From Azolla caroliniana (taxonomy: Eukaryota; Plantae; Polypodiophyta): DNA of 64,000 bases. The DNA lies in NCBI GenBank assembly GCA_043228905.1, contig JBHGNT010000022.1, forward strand, positions 10,416,001-10,480,000. The letters run 5' to 3'. The translations under genes and the position numbers were made by a program. Positions 23,661-35,559 of the stretch are shown here, piece after piece. Position 1 is the stretch's first letter, and each line of letters opens with the position of its first letter. The notes beneath the pieces are model-generated. The model searched no databases. It saw only the letters and a program-made list of their open reading frames with translations, and was not told the origin of the DNA.

Positions 23661-26600
23661 TAGCGGCACACATGGAGACAAAGGTGTTGGATAACAGTTC
23701 GGCGTACGCATGCATGAAGAGCCAAGATGGGCAACACTCCATCCAATTTTTGACAGTACGACCGAACCATGAGCGTAACTGCGAGACCCTCGGCAGCGAT
23801 AGCTAAGGGGATTTTTAGAGAGGGCTATCAAGGTGTGGGGCCGCGATAGTCCGGACACCCCAAAGGAATCGCACATGTGTACCATAGGTAGGAAATTTTG
23901 GTTCTCCGACAACGGAGGTTGTACAATAACCGGCGTTAGCAGCCGGGAAAAGAAGTGGGTAGAGGAACGTCTCAGGGCATGCAGAGTCCTTGGCCCTGAC
24001 GAGGAGATTGGCAGCGCCGTGGAGGCGGTCTCTTTCGACGACACCTTGGGAGAATTAAGGAAGGCGCTCGAAGAAGGCCTCAGTGAAGACCAGACGATTC
24101 TGGTTTGTTCGGAAAGGATGTATGAAGCCATTGCTGATTTCGGGAAAGGGGATCGAGTTGGATCGGACAGCTCCGAGTGGATACGAAGTTCAAGTCTGTG
24201 GACCTAAAGTGTGGCCAGTCGCGGCTCCCTTACCGGAGGGCAGCGAGGAATGGATGAAAGGGGTAGTATCGGACCCAAGTTTGCGGAATCCAGCCCGCAT
24301 AAGACACTGGTTCATCAACAAAACGCGATGGGAGCTCAAGGTCGGTGGGGGTGGCTTCCTACTGCCAGCGGAGAAAGACCAGTTTCGGATGATGCTCAGG
24401 AGGCACGGGAAGGCTTTTGCATTCTCATCGGAGGAGATTGGCTGCGTAGACCCGATTATCATTGAGCCAATGGTTATCTTCACGGTATCGCATGTGCCAT
24501 GGAATATCAAGCCGATTCCGGTACCTAGAGCTCACATCCCGAAGTTGATGGAGCTGCTGAAGCAGAAGGTGGAAATGGGCATCCTCGAGCCGTAGCGCCC
24601 CATATTCGAATTGGTGGTTTACCATGCTGAAGAAGAACGACATGTTGCGCTTTATTCAGGACCTGCAGCCGGTCAACAAGGTGACCATTCGGAATGCAGG
24701 AATCGGGCCGACCATTGATGAGTTCACGGAAGCATTACCCGGAAGGTCAATTTATTCGGTCGGGGATCTGTACTTGGGGTACGACCAATTCCAACTAGCC
24801 GTAGAGAGAAGGGATATTACGATGATGCGGACCCCTCTCAGCCTAGTGCGGATGTGTACCATGCCGCAAGGAGGGACCAACTCGGTGGCACACGTGGTGA
24901 ATGCGATGAATAAGGTGCTAAGGGACTACATCTCGGACACAATTGGATTCCGCACTATGCACACGTCGTAGAGCCGCTCTATGGGTTGCTGAAGAAAGGG
25001 CACAAGTTTGAGTGGAGTGGGGAACATATGGAGTCAATTTGGAGATTGAAAGAAGGTCCGGAAAGTGGTTTACGGTAAGGAGGTACCGATTTATGTGACC
25101 GTAGACACGAGTCCGACCGGGATCGAATAGGTGATCAACCAGGAGGACGAAAATGGCACGAGGTTCCCCATCTGGTTCGGAGCAAAGGGACTTAGTGAGC
25201 GACAGATAGGATATGCCCAAGTTAAACGCGAACATTGGGGTATCATTTCAACGGTCAAGGCCGACAAATTCTACTTAATCGGGGCGGGGGTGATAATCGA
25301 GACGGATTGCTTACCGATACGCTATGGTTTCTAGATGCGCGACGCCGGACTTGGCGATGCTCAGGTGGATCGCGTATGTTAAGTCCCTGAATCCAGAGAT
25401 ACGGCACATCTCTGGGAAGGACAACGCCATGGCTGACATGCTTTTGAGGGCGCGGTTTGATGACGAAGACAACATGGTTTCGGAGGACGAGGAAGTCGGC
25501 ATGGACTTCTTCGAGTCGGCTTACATGACAACGAGGGAAGGGAGCATTGTGACACTTAATGAGTCTGACGATGGCGAGTACAATGGGGAGTGGCTCCAGA
25601 TCGGTGGGTTCCTAAAGATGATGATGACAGACGTGGCGTGGACGAGAGAAGAGGTTGACCGAATCCGAAAGAAAGCGTATCGGTTCTTCCTACAGGACGG
25701 AAGCATATGGAAACACCCAAAGAAGCGAGGCGACATCCCACTCTAGGTAGTGGTGAAGAAGGAAGAGGAAGAGGCGTTGCTAACAGCATATCACAAGAGT
25801 CCCTGGGTCGGACATCGCAGGATGGGCCACATTCGAAAAGCTGAAGGAGAAACATTGGGGGCCGGGATTGTACCGAGACGTTCATCAGTTCATAATGACT
25901 TGTGAGAGCAGCCAGACGCATTCCATAATTTGACATCGGGACGAGCTACACCCGACTTACCAGCCGACCGTCCACTTCAAGTAGATGGTGGACTTGGTGA
26001 CGATGCCGATGGGGGTAGGCTAGATGCGGTACTTGGTGTTGGCAAGAGAGGATTTGATGAACCAAGTGGAGGGTCGGGCGTTTCCAAACAAGATGACTGC
26101 AACCGTGTGCCAGTTCCTAATTGAGGAAGTGGTGTGCCGATACGGGTGCGTGGGAAAGATCGTCGCTAATCGGGGGGAGCTAGATACGCAGCAAGCCGAC
26201 GAGCTGTTCAGCTAGCTAGGGGTTAAGCTTTCTCTCACGACAGCATACAATACAGAGGCAAATGGGAAGATAGAGCACGGGTATGGGCCGATTGTGAAGG
26301 CGTTAGTATGGGCTTGCGAAGGACAAGTCGGGAATTGGCCACGGCTCCTACCTTACGCATTGTGGGCGGACCGAACTACGCATTGTTTGGTAACCGAGTT
26401 CATGCTGGCAGAGCTGATGTATGGGCAAAATCTGATCATGTTGGTAGACCGAACAATCTCCTCGTTGGCGGCGATGGACTAGAGAGACGAGATGAGTCGG
26501 GAAGATCTACTGGTTGCGCGGATTTGGCAACTGCTTGAACGAAGACCGGAGGACGTGGAACGGGCAAACGCGAAGTTGCATGTGGCGAGGGCAAGGAATA

Positions 26601-26920
26601 AAAGGCCGGTTGTACTTGACTCACTGGCTACAACCGAAGAAGATCGAGGAAGGCGATTGGGTACTAGTTTATGACAACGGCCTTGAGAACTAGCACAAGG
26701 CAACGCCCAAGTTTGCGAGAAGGTGGTTCAGGCCTTACGTCGTACCAAGTACAAACGACAATGACCCCTGCCATCTCGCCGAGCTCGTCAGAACAATGAT
26801 AGTTCTGCCAGTGGCCTGGAAGAGGATTACGGCATTCAAGAAGTGGCACGAGGACGAACGGGACCCGGGGGGCGTTGACGATGACCGGATCGGAGCAAAT
26901 GGAGATTCGGAGAGTGACTG
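23661..26920 (+). pseudogene. Ty3/gypsy pol (RT, RNase H, integrase), disrupted
   Basis: PWNIKPIPVPR, LRFIQDLQPVN, GYDQFQL, PQGGTNS, IETDCLPI, HISGKDNAMADML, CRYGCVGKIVANRGE, LWADRTT. Confidence 0.92.
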
Positions 26921-26998
26921 GTGAACGCGAGGCGGTTTTCTCCGGCATTTGTCCCTCTCTGGCGGATACCGGTGGATGCCCAGTTTGGTGGGGGTGGA

Positions 26999-27698
26999 TG
27001 TTGTGAAGAAAACCGGCCTTAGGCAGAATCAAAGTAAAAGATGCATGAATCGGCCCTTATGTGCGGGCACAAGGATTGATAAGTTGTACATAATTAGGAA
27101 TAGGTCAGCTAATGTAAATATACTAGGTAGTACATATTTATTAGTTAGGAAATTGATGCATATCTCTGTCCGAAAGGACAGAGAATAAAGATGATGTATT
27201 CAGGATGTGACGACTCTTCCCGGCGACCTATAAAAAGAGAGGGGAGAAGGCTAGAAGAAATATTACGTTTTGGCGAGGATGGAGTGTTGTCGGACTGGGA
27301 ACCGAGCTTTCTCCTCCTCTATTGTTGTTCTCTATAGGTTCTTGGTCGGTTGCCTCTGCTTCTAGTAAAGCCCACTGTGTACATGAGAGTGTGAGTGTCT
27401 GTGTTGGGGCTGTTGCCGAATCGCCGGTTGTAATCTTTATTGTTGGGATCGATTCTCGTGCTTGTTGTCTCTCTGTGCTCTTCTGCGTGTTTCCCTTTCA
27501 CTGTCTGGTGGGTGTGCATCTGTGTTCGTTATGTACCCGCGGTCGTGATTCATTCGGTCGGGAAGCGCCGCTTGCCGAAAGCAGGCATTCTCCGGCTTGA
27601 TGTTCGCACTCTCTCTCCCCTTGATCTCTTGCACTCCTCGGTCCAAGGCCCCAGCGGTCCCGCCTTAGTTTCCCATGCGTAAGCGAAACAACACGACA
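26999..27698 (+). repeat. 3' LTR of a Ty3/gypsy element (same family as 9746-10479, clearly diverged)
   Basis: Preceded by PPT GGTGGGGGTGGA; TGTTGTG...CACGACA. Confidence 0.9.
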
Positions 27699-29906
27699 AC
27701 GTACTCGCGGAATACCGCGACTACGCAACGGTTGCGTAGAATGGGGTTTACGACGTTCAAGTTGGACTCTTCATTGTTCACTGGGCAAGGTCAACATGGA
27801 CCGGTTAGCCTTCTACTGTATGTTGATGATTTAGTCATTGTCGGTGCCAACTTGGAAGAAATCAATTGTGTCAAGTCTCAGTTCGCGGCATCTTTCGAAA
27901 TGAAGGATCTTGGAGACCTTCATTACTTCCTTGAGATCGAAGTGATCCGCACCCCCGAAGGCATATTGATCGGTCAATGTCATTACGGGCTGAATATGCT
28001 CTTCAAGCTCGACCCCTTTGGATAGAAACGTTGTCGTGAAGGATTTGCTTCACGATATAAAAATAAACTTGAATATTGTATTAAGTAACATTTGAGAGAC
28101 TTGAACCCGTAACCTCACACACCAAGGATAAAGCATATACCATTAGGATAAGTTATTTTCTATAGTTATATTTTTATCACAATACTTATGACATGTGTAT
28201 CTTCATACATTAGAGCTTAGATGAGCATGATGGCTATCATGCATCACATGTAAAGCATGTGCGCCAAATGGCAATCATGCATCACATGCATGCCATGCAC
28301 CCCCATATCATCATATACATGAGAGAACCTATAAAGAGAGGCAAGGAATTAAGGGATGGATCAAGGGGGAAAATAGGGAAATGAATCAAGAGAAAGTGAG
28401 AAAATAATACAATCAAGAAAAGAAGACTAGCTCATTGGGTGGAGAACCTCTCGTTTCGAAGTTAAGGTCGTGGGTTCAAATCAAGGGTCGGTAGAGAATG
28501 TGTTTAGTTTGCGATCAAGGATTGTAAAGTTGGTAAAATATTGTCTTTTTAATATACATCATGTTTATATCAAATACTCTTGCTTCTTGATTCATACTTT
28601 GTCTCAATCTTCCTTATTAAATCATATTTTGTCTCTATCTTGCTTCTTGAATCATATATTGTCTCTATCTTCTATCTATTCTCATCTCTCTCTCACACAC
28701 ACATTACTCGTAACTCTTCTTCTTGCTACTCTTAATCGTTCTAACATCACCATACAAGCCTTATTAAAATTTAAGTTCCTTCAGCTCCCTTTAACCTTCG
28801 TCCCTGCGACTTCGCCGCACGAACCACAACTACCCCGACACATTTGGTGAACCCGACGTGAAGGCGGCGACGAGGAGAAATGGAGGAGCAAATGAGGCTT
28901 ATGTGTACGATGATGGAACGAGTGATGCAGGAACAAGGGATGATGGCAAGCATCGACAAAGCTGTCGATAATATTCTCGCACGAGTAGGAATCTTCGAAG
29001 GTATAAATTTAACAAGATTTCTGAAGATTTATAATGAAGAAATGCTTAAACGCGGTGTCGACGAAGCAACAAAAATTAATAGCTTTAGTCGAGTCGCTGT
29101 GATTGGGCTACAAGAGAGGATCCAAGAGCTCCAAAGGGAGAATCAGACATGGACAACGTTCGAAAGAACATTACTCAATGCATACAACCTCAACGATATG
29201 TCAAGGATGACAAGGCGAGCTTTCATGGATTGGGTAGAGTCTAATAAACATTGAAGTGTTTTGGAAGTATTAAAAGAGTTTTCTGAAAGATTTGAGCAAC
29301 TAAATGTTAGAGATAGAAATATAATAGTGCCAGATAAAGTCATATTGTTTCTACAAGCTACTAATATTAAAGACAGGAAGGACTTGGGAATGCTTTTAGA
29401 AGATCAGAATAGTCCAAGTGGACTTACTGAAGATTGGGAGGAGGTGAAAAGGGTCTGCGCCCATTTCTGCAAAAGAAAGTTATGGTTTATGGAGTTGCCC
29501 GACAGAAATGATGAAGAAACGGGGAACGAGTCAGGAGAAAAGAAAGTAGAAGAATCACTCTTACACGAATTGGTGAAAGGCATGAAAGACTTGTCGATCA
29601 AAGTGACGAAGCTAGAATCGGGACAAAGCTCGACTTCATCAAGGCAGAGAGGTGGAATGGTCCGAAGGTGTATGTGGTGTGATAGTATCGACCACCAAAA
29701 GAAAAACTGTCAAGAACATAGGGATTCTCTTAATCATGATAAAATCTACTATCAAGATGGAAAGATTCACTCGACAAAGACTCAACAACCAATCCAGCTC
29801 AACTTCGGGAAAGGTGGAATGAAAAAGCTAATGGAAGATGCTGAGAGAGAAACGACTCAAGCGATACAATCCGTGACAACCTTAGGGTTGTGTGTAGAAG
29901 ACTCAT

Positions 29907-32900
29907 TGTTGGGATTTCGGTCCCTCCGAATGGGATGTCCGGAGATGAATGACGGCAATCTCGGTTACGGTTACGGTTACGGTTACGGTCCCGGCTACGG
30001 AGCCGGATGATGAAGACCCCGGCTACGGAGCCGGATGATGTATGTACCCGGAGCGAGATCCGGATGTGGGGACATATTTGTGAATATGTTTGCAAAGAGC
30101 CCTTGTGGCTATATTTATAAATAGCCCGAAAGTCATATGTGTATAAATATGACTTAGGGCAAACAGTTTTATGTTGTTGCTCATTTTTCTGTTTTCATCT
30201 AGAGGGAGCGAAGTGAGAGCAGCCGTGAGAGAGAGAGAAGAGGAAGAGGTCGACGCCTCTGTGCATTACCGCCGCCTGTGGCGAAGACAGTGAGCTCAAG
30301 GTTGTTGCCTTGTAGCATCACCATTGTACATCTCTGTGTATAGTGATAGTTGGAGTTTGAGGACTCCCGTGGTTTTTCCCATTTAGGGTTTTCCACGTAA
30401 AACACCCTGTGTACTCTTCTCTCCATTGTCTTCGTGCATTTTATATTTCCTATTATCTGTGAAGTGATCCTATTCCTCGGTTGTGGCCGAGCACTGTATG
30501 CAACATGGGATGTCCGGAGATGAATGACGGCAATCTCGGTTACGGTTACGGTTACGGTTACGGTCCCGGCTACGGAGCCGGATGATGAAGACCCCGGCTA
30601 CGGAGCCGGATGATGTATGTACCCGGAGCAAGATCCGGATGCGGGGACATATTTGTGAATATGTTTGCAAAGAGCCCTTGTGGCTATATTTGTAAATAGC
30701 CCGAAAGTCATATGTGTATAAATATGACTTAGGGCAAACAGTTTTATGTTGTTGCTCATTTTTCTGTTTTCATCTCTGTGGTTCCTATTTTCTGCTGCAT
30801 TGATTTGTGCTTACTCGGTTGTGGCCGAGCGGTGAAGGTTAATCGGAGCGTCGATTTCCCAACAAAGTGGTATCAGAGCACGGTAACACAGAAAATGGAA
30901 GGCGGCGGTAGTGGGCCTCCGGGCATGATGGTGTTGAACTCACAGAACTACGCCGACTGGAAGATAAAGATGGAAGACCTTCTCATCGTCCGAGACCTGT
31001 ATGAACCGATCGACAATGCCGAGATACCCAAGGGGGTAATAGAGTCGGAGTGGAAGCTCCTGAACCGGAAAGCCGTAGCGACGATCCGGCAATATGTCGA
31101 TGTAAGCGTTCTACAACATGTGGCGAATGACACCAACGCATATGAGATGTGGAAGAAGCTGTCGGGCCTCTACGAGAGGAAGAATGCGTTGAACCGGACC
31201 TCCCTGATGAGGAAGATAGTGAACCTCAAGTACCGGGACGACGAGAATATGGTGGAACACGTGAGCACGTTCATGGGATTCGTGAATCAGCTTGCGGCGA
31301 TCAAGTTCCCGTTGGAGGATGCAATGCAAGCCATCATTCTGATGTGTACATTGCCGGAAAGCTGGGAGAACTTGGTGGTGACTCTCAGCACCTCCTGCAC
31401 CGAAGATAACTTGTCTCTACAAACGGTAAAGACAAGCATTTTGAACGAAGAAGCGCGTCGGAGAGATAAAGAACCGGTTTCCAATCCGAAGATGCTGCTT
31501 ACCGAATCGGATCGGGGAAGACAATGGAACCGGAGTCCGCAAAGACGGGAGAAGTCGGGGACCCGGTCGCAGTCAAGAGGAAGACCCACATGCTTCCACT
31601 GTGGGAAGCAGGGGCACTTCCGGAAGAATTGTCGGCATTACCGAAAGGACAACGGAGCCGACGACACCGATTCGAAGAAGTCACTGGAGAGAAGCGGTGC
31701 ATACCGGGGAGCCACGGACCGGAGAGGTCCGAATCGGCGAGGGCAGGACCGGAAAGGAACGATGGCACTCGCGGCAAGTGAAGAAGAGATAATGCTCATT
31801 ACCGAAGAGACGGAGCTGAACCTTGCCGGTGAAGAGATGACCTGGGTGGTCGATTCCGGAGCGTCGTTCCACCTGACCCCGGAGAAGAAATACTTCTCAT
31901 CCTACACAGCCGGTGAGCACGGCTGTGTCCGGATGGGAAATGAAGGTACATGCCGGATTGCCGGCATGGGAGACGTGTGGCTGATGACATCAACCGGATG
32001 CAAGATGCTGCTGAAGGATGTCCGACACGTTCCGGAGGTTCGATTGAACCTGATTTCGGCCGGGAGGCTAGACGATGAAGGCTACACGGGTAGCATCCGG
32101 AACGGCGTCATGAAGTTCAGCAAAGGGAGCCTGATAGTGGCTCGGGCCCGGAAGATCAACACACTGTACCTCATGAATTCCCGGCTATGTCCGGAGGAGC
32201 TGAACGTGGCAGCCGATACTGCCGGCGAGCTGTGGCACAAGAGACTGTGTCACATGAGTGAGAAGGGGATGAAGAGGCTTGCAGAAGACAACCTTATTCC
32301 AGTGAAGCATGTGCACCTGGAGAAGTGCACCGATTGCCTGGCCGGTAAACAGAACCGAACCTCCTTCCACTCAAGGCCACCGACGAGACGAAGCGCACCA
32401 TTGGAGTTGGTGCACACTGACGTGTGTCAAGTAGAAACGAAGTCACATGGCGGAGCCCAGTACTTTGTGACATTCATTGATGACCACAGCCGGAAGCTGT
32501 GGACGGCACCGTTGAAGACAAAGGACCAAGTGTTGTGCGTTTTCAAAGAACTCCACGCGAGAGTGGAAAGGGAATCCGGCAAGAAGCTGAAAGCGATACG
32601 AGCGGATAACGGAGGGGAATACCGGGGGCAGTTCAAGGAGTACTGTCGCTCGAAGGGAATCCGGCTCGAGTTTACCGTGCCGAAGACGCCGGAACTAAAC
32701 GGGCTGGCCGAGAGGATGAACCGGACCATAATGGAGAGGGTCCGGAGTATGCTGGCGCATGCGAGATTACCCAAGGGGTTTTGGGCTGAGGCAATGTCGA
32801 CGGCGACATATGTGATAAATAGATCACCCTCAGTACCCCTGGATGGAGACACGCCACAGAGAGTGTGGACCGGTAAGGAAGTGTCCTACCGGCATCTGAA

Positions 32901-35559
32901 GGTGTTTGGGTGTCTCGCATACGTGCATGTGGCTAAGGACCGGAGAGGAAAGTTAGATCCAAAGACCCGGCCATGCATATTCCTCGGTTACGGCGACGAC
33001 GAGTTCGGCTACCGAGTATGGGACCCGGTCGACAAGAAGATATTCAGGAGTCGAGATATCATCTTCATGGAGGACAAGACACTCGCCGACTGGGAGTCGG
33101 AGAAGAAGATGAAGAGTTCCAAGTCGACCGGTGAGGATCAACTCTACGAGGAGCAGTCCCGACCGACAAGGGACCGGTTAGTACTCGAGGATCCGGCCGA
33201 AGACAGTGAAGAAACAGAACCGGCCGAGGAAGATGAAACTGATACCGGAACCGGCCCCGATCCCGAAATGGATTCGGATGAAGAAGAAACGGAGGAGCCG
33301 GTTACCGAAGCTCCGGAACGGAGATATCCTCTAAGAGAGAGAAGGGCCCCCCGGAGATTTCCGGAACCAGAGCACGTGCTGCTAACCGACGAGGGGGAGC
33401 CGGAGAGCTTTGAAGAAGCAAAACTTGACACCCATAGCCGCAAGTGGTTAGGTGCCATGCAGGAGGAGATGGATTCCCTGCATGAGAACCACACATATGA
33501 ACTTGTGGAGTTGCCGAAAGGAAAGCGGGCACTTCGAAACAAGTGGGTGTTCAAGCTGAAACTGGGAGATGCCGGAAACCCCCTGAGATACAAAGCCAGG
33601 ATCGTGGTGAAGGGGTTCCAGCAGAAGAAGGGCATTGACTTCGACGAGATATTTGCCCCGGTAGTGAAGATGACCTCCATCCGGACGGTGCTGAGCATAG
33701 CGGCAAGCATGGACCTCGAGGTAAAACAGATGGACGTGAAGACGGCATTCCTTCACGGTGACCTCGAAGAAGAGATCTACATGCAGCAACCGGAAGGATT
33801 CGAGAAGAAAGGGAAGGAGCACCTGGTATGCCGGTTGAAGAAGAGCCTTTACGGATTGAAGCAGGCTCCCCGGCAATGGTACCGGAAGTTCGACTCTTTC
33901 ATGACCGACGAAGGGTACCACAAAACGCAGTCCGATCACTGCGTGTTTGTGAAGAAGTTCGAAGGAGGAGACTTTCTAATACTCCTCCTGTACGTGGACG
34001 ACATGTTGATCGTCGGACGGGACCAGGTCAAGATACGGATGCTGAAGAAAGCGCTTCACCGAACCTTCTCAATGAAGGACCTGGGTCCGGCGAGGCAAAT
34101 ACTAGGGATGCACATCATCCGGGACCGGAAGAAGAAGCAGTTGTGGCTGTCACAGGAGAAGTACGTGACAAAGGTGCTTCACCGGTTCAACATGTCGGAA
34201 GCAAGACCGGTTGGGTCAACCCTCCCGGCAAACTGCAAGCTGTCCAGCAAGCAAAGCCCCAAGACAAAGGCTGAGAAGGAGGACATGATGAAAGTACCAT
34301 ATGCATCTGCCGTCGGAAGCTTGATGTACGCAATGGTGTGTACAAGACCGGACATAGGATATGCAGTCGGAGTGGTGAGCCGGTACATGAGCAATCCCGG
34401 CAAAGAGCACTGGAACGCGGTCAAGTGGATACTCCGATACCTGAAGGGCACGACAAACGTGTGCCTCCGATTCGGCTCCGGTAAGCCCGAACTCGACGGC
34501 TTTACCGATTTGGATATGTCGGCTGATGCAGATACCAGCCGGTCCACATCAGGGTATGTGATGACGTATGCAGGGGGAGCTGTTTCGTGGCAGTCGAGGC
34601 TGCAGAAGACGATTGCGTTGTCAACTACGGAGGCGGAGTACATGGCGGCTGTTGAAGCCAGCAAGGAAATAATATGGATGAAGGACTTCATTAGAGAGCT
34701 CGGTATCCGGCAGGAGGAGTACCGACTCCACTGCGACAGTCAGAGTGCCATCCACCTTGCGAAGAATGCGGCCTATCACTCCCGGACGAAGCACATCTAG
34801 CGTAGATACCACTGGATCCGGGAAAGGATAGAAGACAAGGATTTCGTGCTGACGAAGATCCACACGGACGAGAACGGGTCGGATATGCTGACCAAGGTAC
34901 TCACACCCGACAAGCTGGAAGCATGCCGGAAGAGGATCGGATTGGAGAGACATCCCATGCCGAAGTGAAGGGGGAGTTTGTTGGGATTTCGGTCCCTCCG
35001 AATGGGATGTCCGGAGATGAATGACGGCAATCTCGGTTACGGTTACGGTTACGGTTACGGTCCCGACTACGGAGCCGGATGATGTATGTACCCGGAGCGA
35101 GATCCGGATGCGGGGACATATTTGTGAATATGTTTGCAAAGAGCCCTTGTGGCTATATTCGTAAATAGCCCGAAAGTCATATGTGTATAAATATGACTTA
35201 GGGCAAACAGTTTTATGTTGTTGCTCATTTTTCTGTTTTCATCTAGAGGGAGCGAAGTGAGAGCAGTCGTGAGAGAGAGAGAAGAGGAAGAGGTCGACGC
35301 CTCTGTGTAACACCGCCGCCTGTGGCGAGGATAGCGAGCTCAAGGTCGTCGCCTTGCAGCTCGCCATTGTATATTTCCCAGCGTATAGTGATAGTTGGAG
35401 TCTTGCACTCCCGTGGTTTTTCCCGTCGAGGGTTTTCCACGTTAAATCGCTGTGTATTCGTGTTCTTTCTCTGTGGTTCCTATTTTCTGCTGCATTGATT
35501 TGTGCTTACTCGGTTGTGGCCGAGCGGTGAAGGTTAATCGGAGCGTCGATTTCCCAACA
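29907..35559 (+). mobile_element. Near-intact Ty1/copia (Tnt1/Tork-like) nested in the gag-protease element
   Basis: 5-bp TSD CTCAT (29902-29906 and 35560-35564); 5' LTR region 29907-30864; PBS TGGTATCAGAGC 30868-30879; PPT 34967-34976; 3' LTR 34979-35559. Confidence 0.97.
30895..34968 (+). CDS. Copia gag-pol polyprotein (gag, PR, IN, RT, RNase H) with a single premature TAG at 34798-34800
   Basis: CFHCGKQGHFRKNC, WVVDSGASFH, VHTDVC, DNGGEY, YVDDML, STTEAEY; the frame continues KHI*RRYHWIRE...SDMLTK to TGA at 34968. Confidence 0.95.

Noticed and set aside
28425-28490. Functional tRNA gene
   Set aside because: A/B boxes are present but there is no proper acceptor stem, and it lies inside both LTRs; reported as a tRNA-like cassette only
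28470-28850. 126-aa ORF (and the 217-aa ORF at 37063-37716)
   Set aside because: Low-complexity LTR sequence with no protein motif
33144-34691. Long antisense ORFs
   Set aside because: Shadows of the GC-rich copia pol frame
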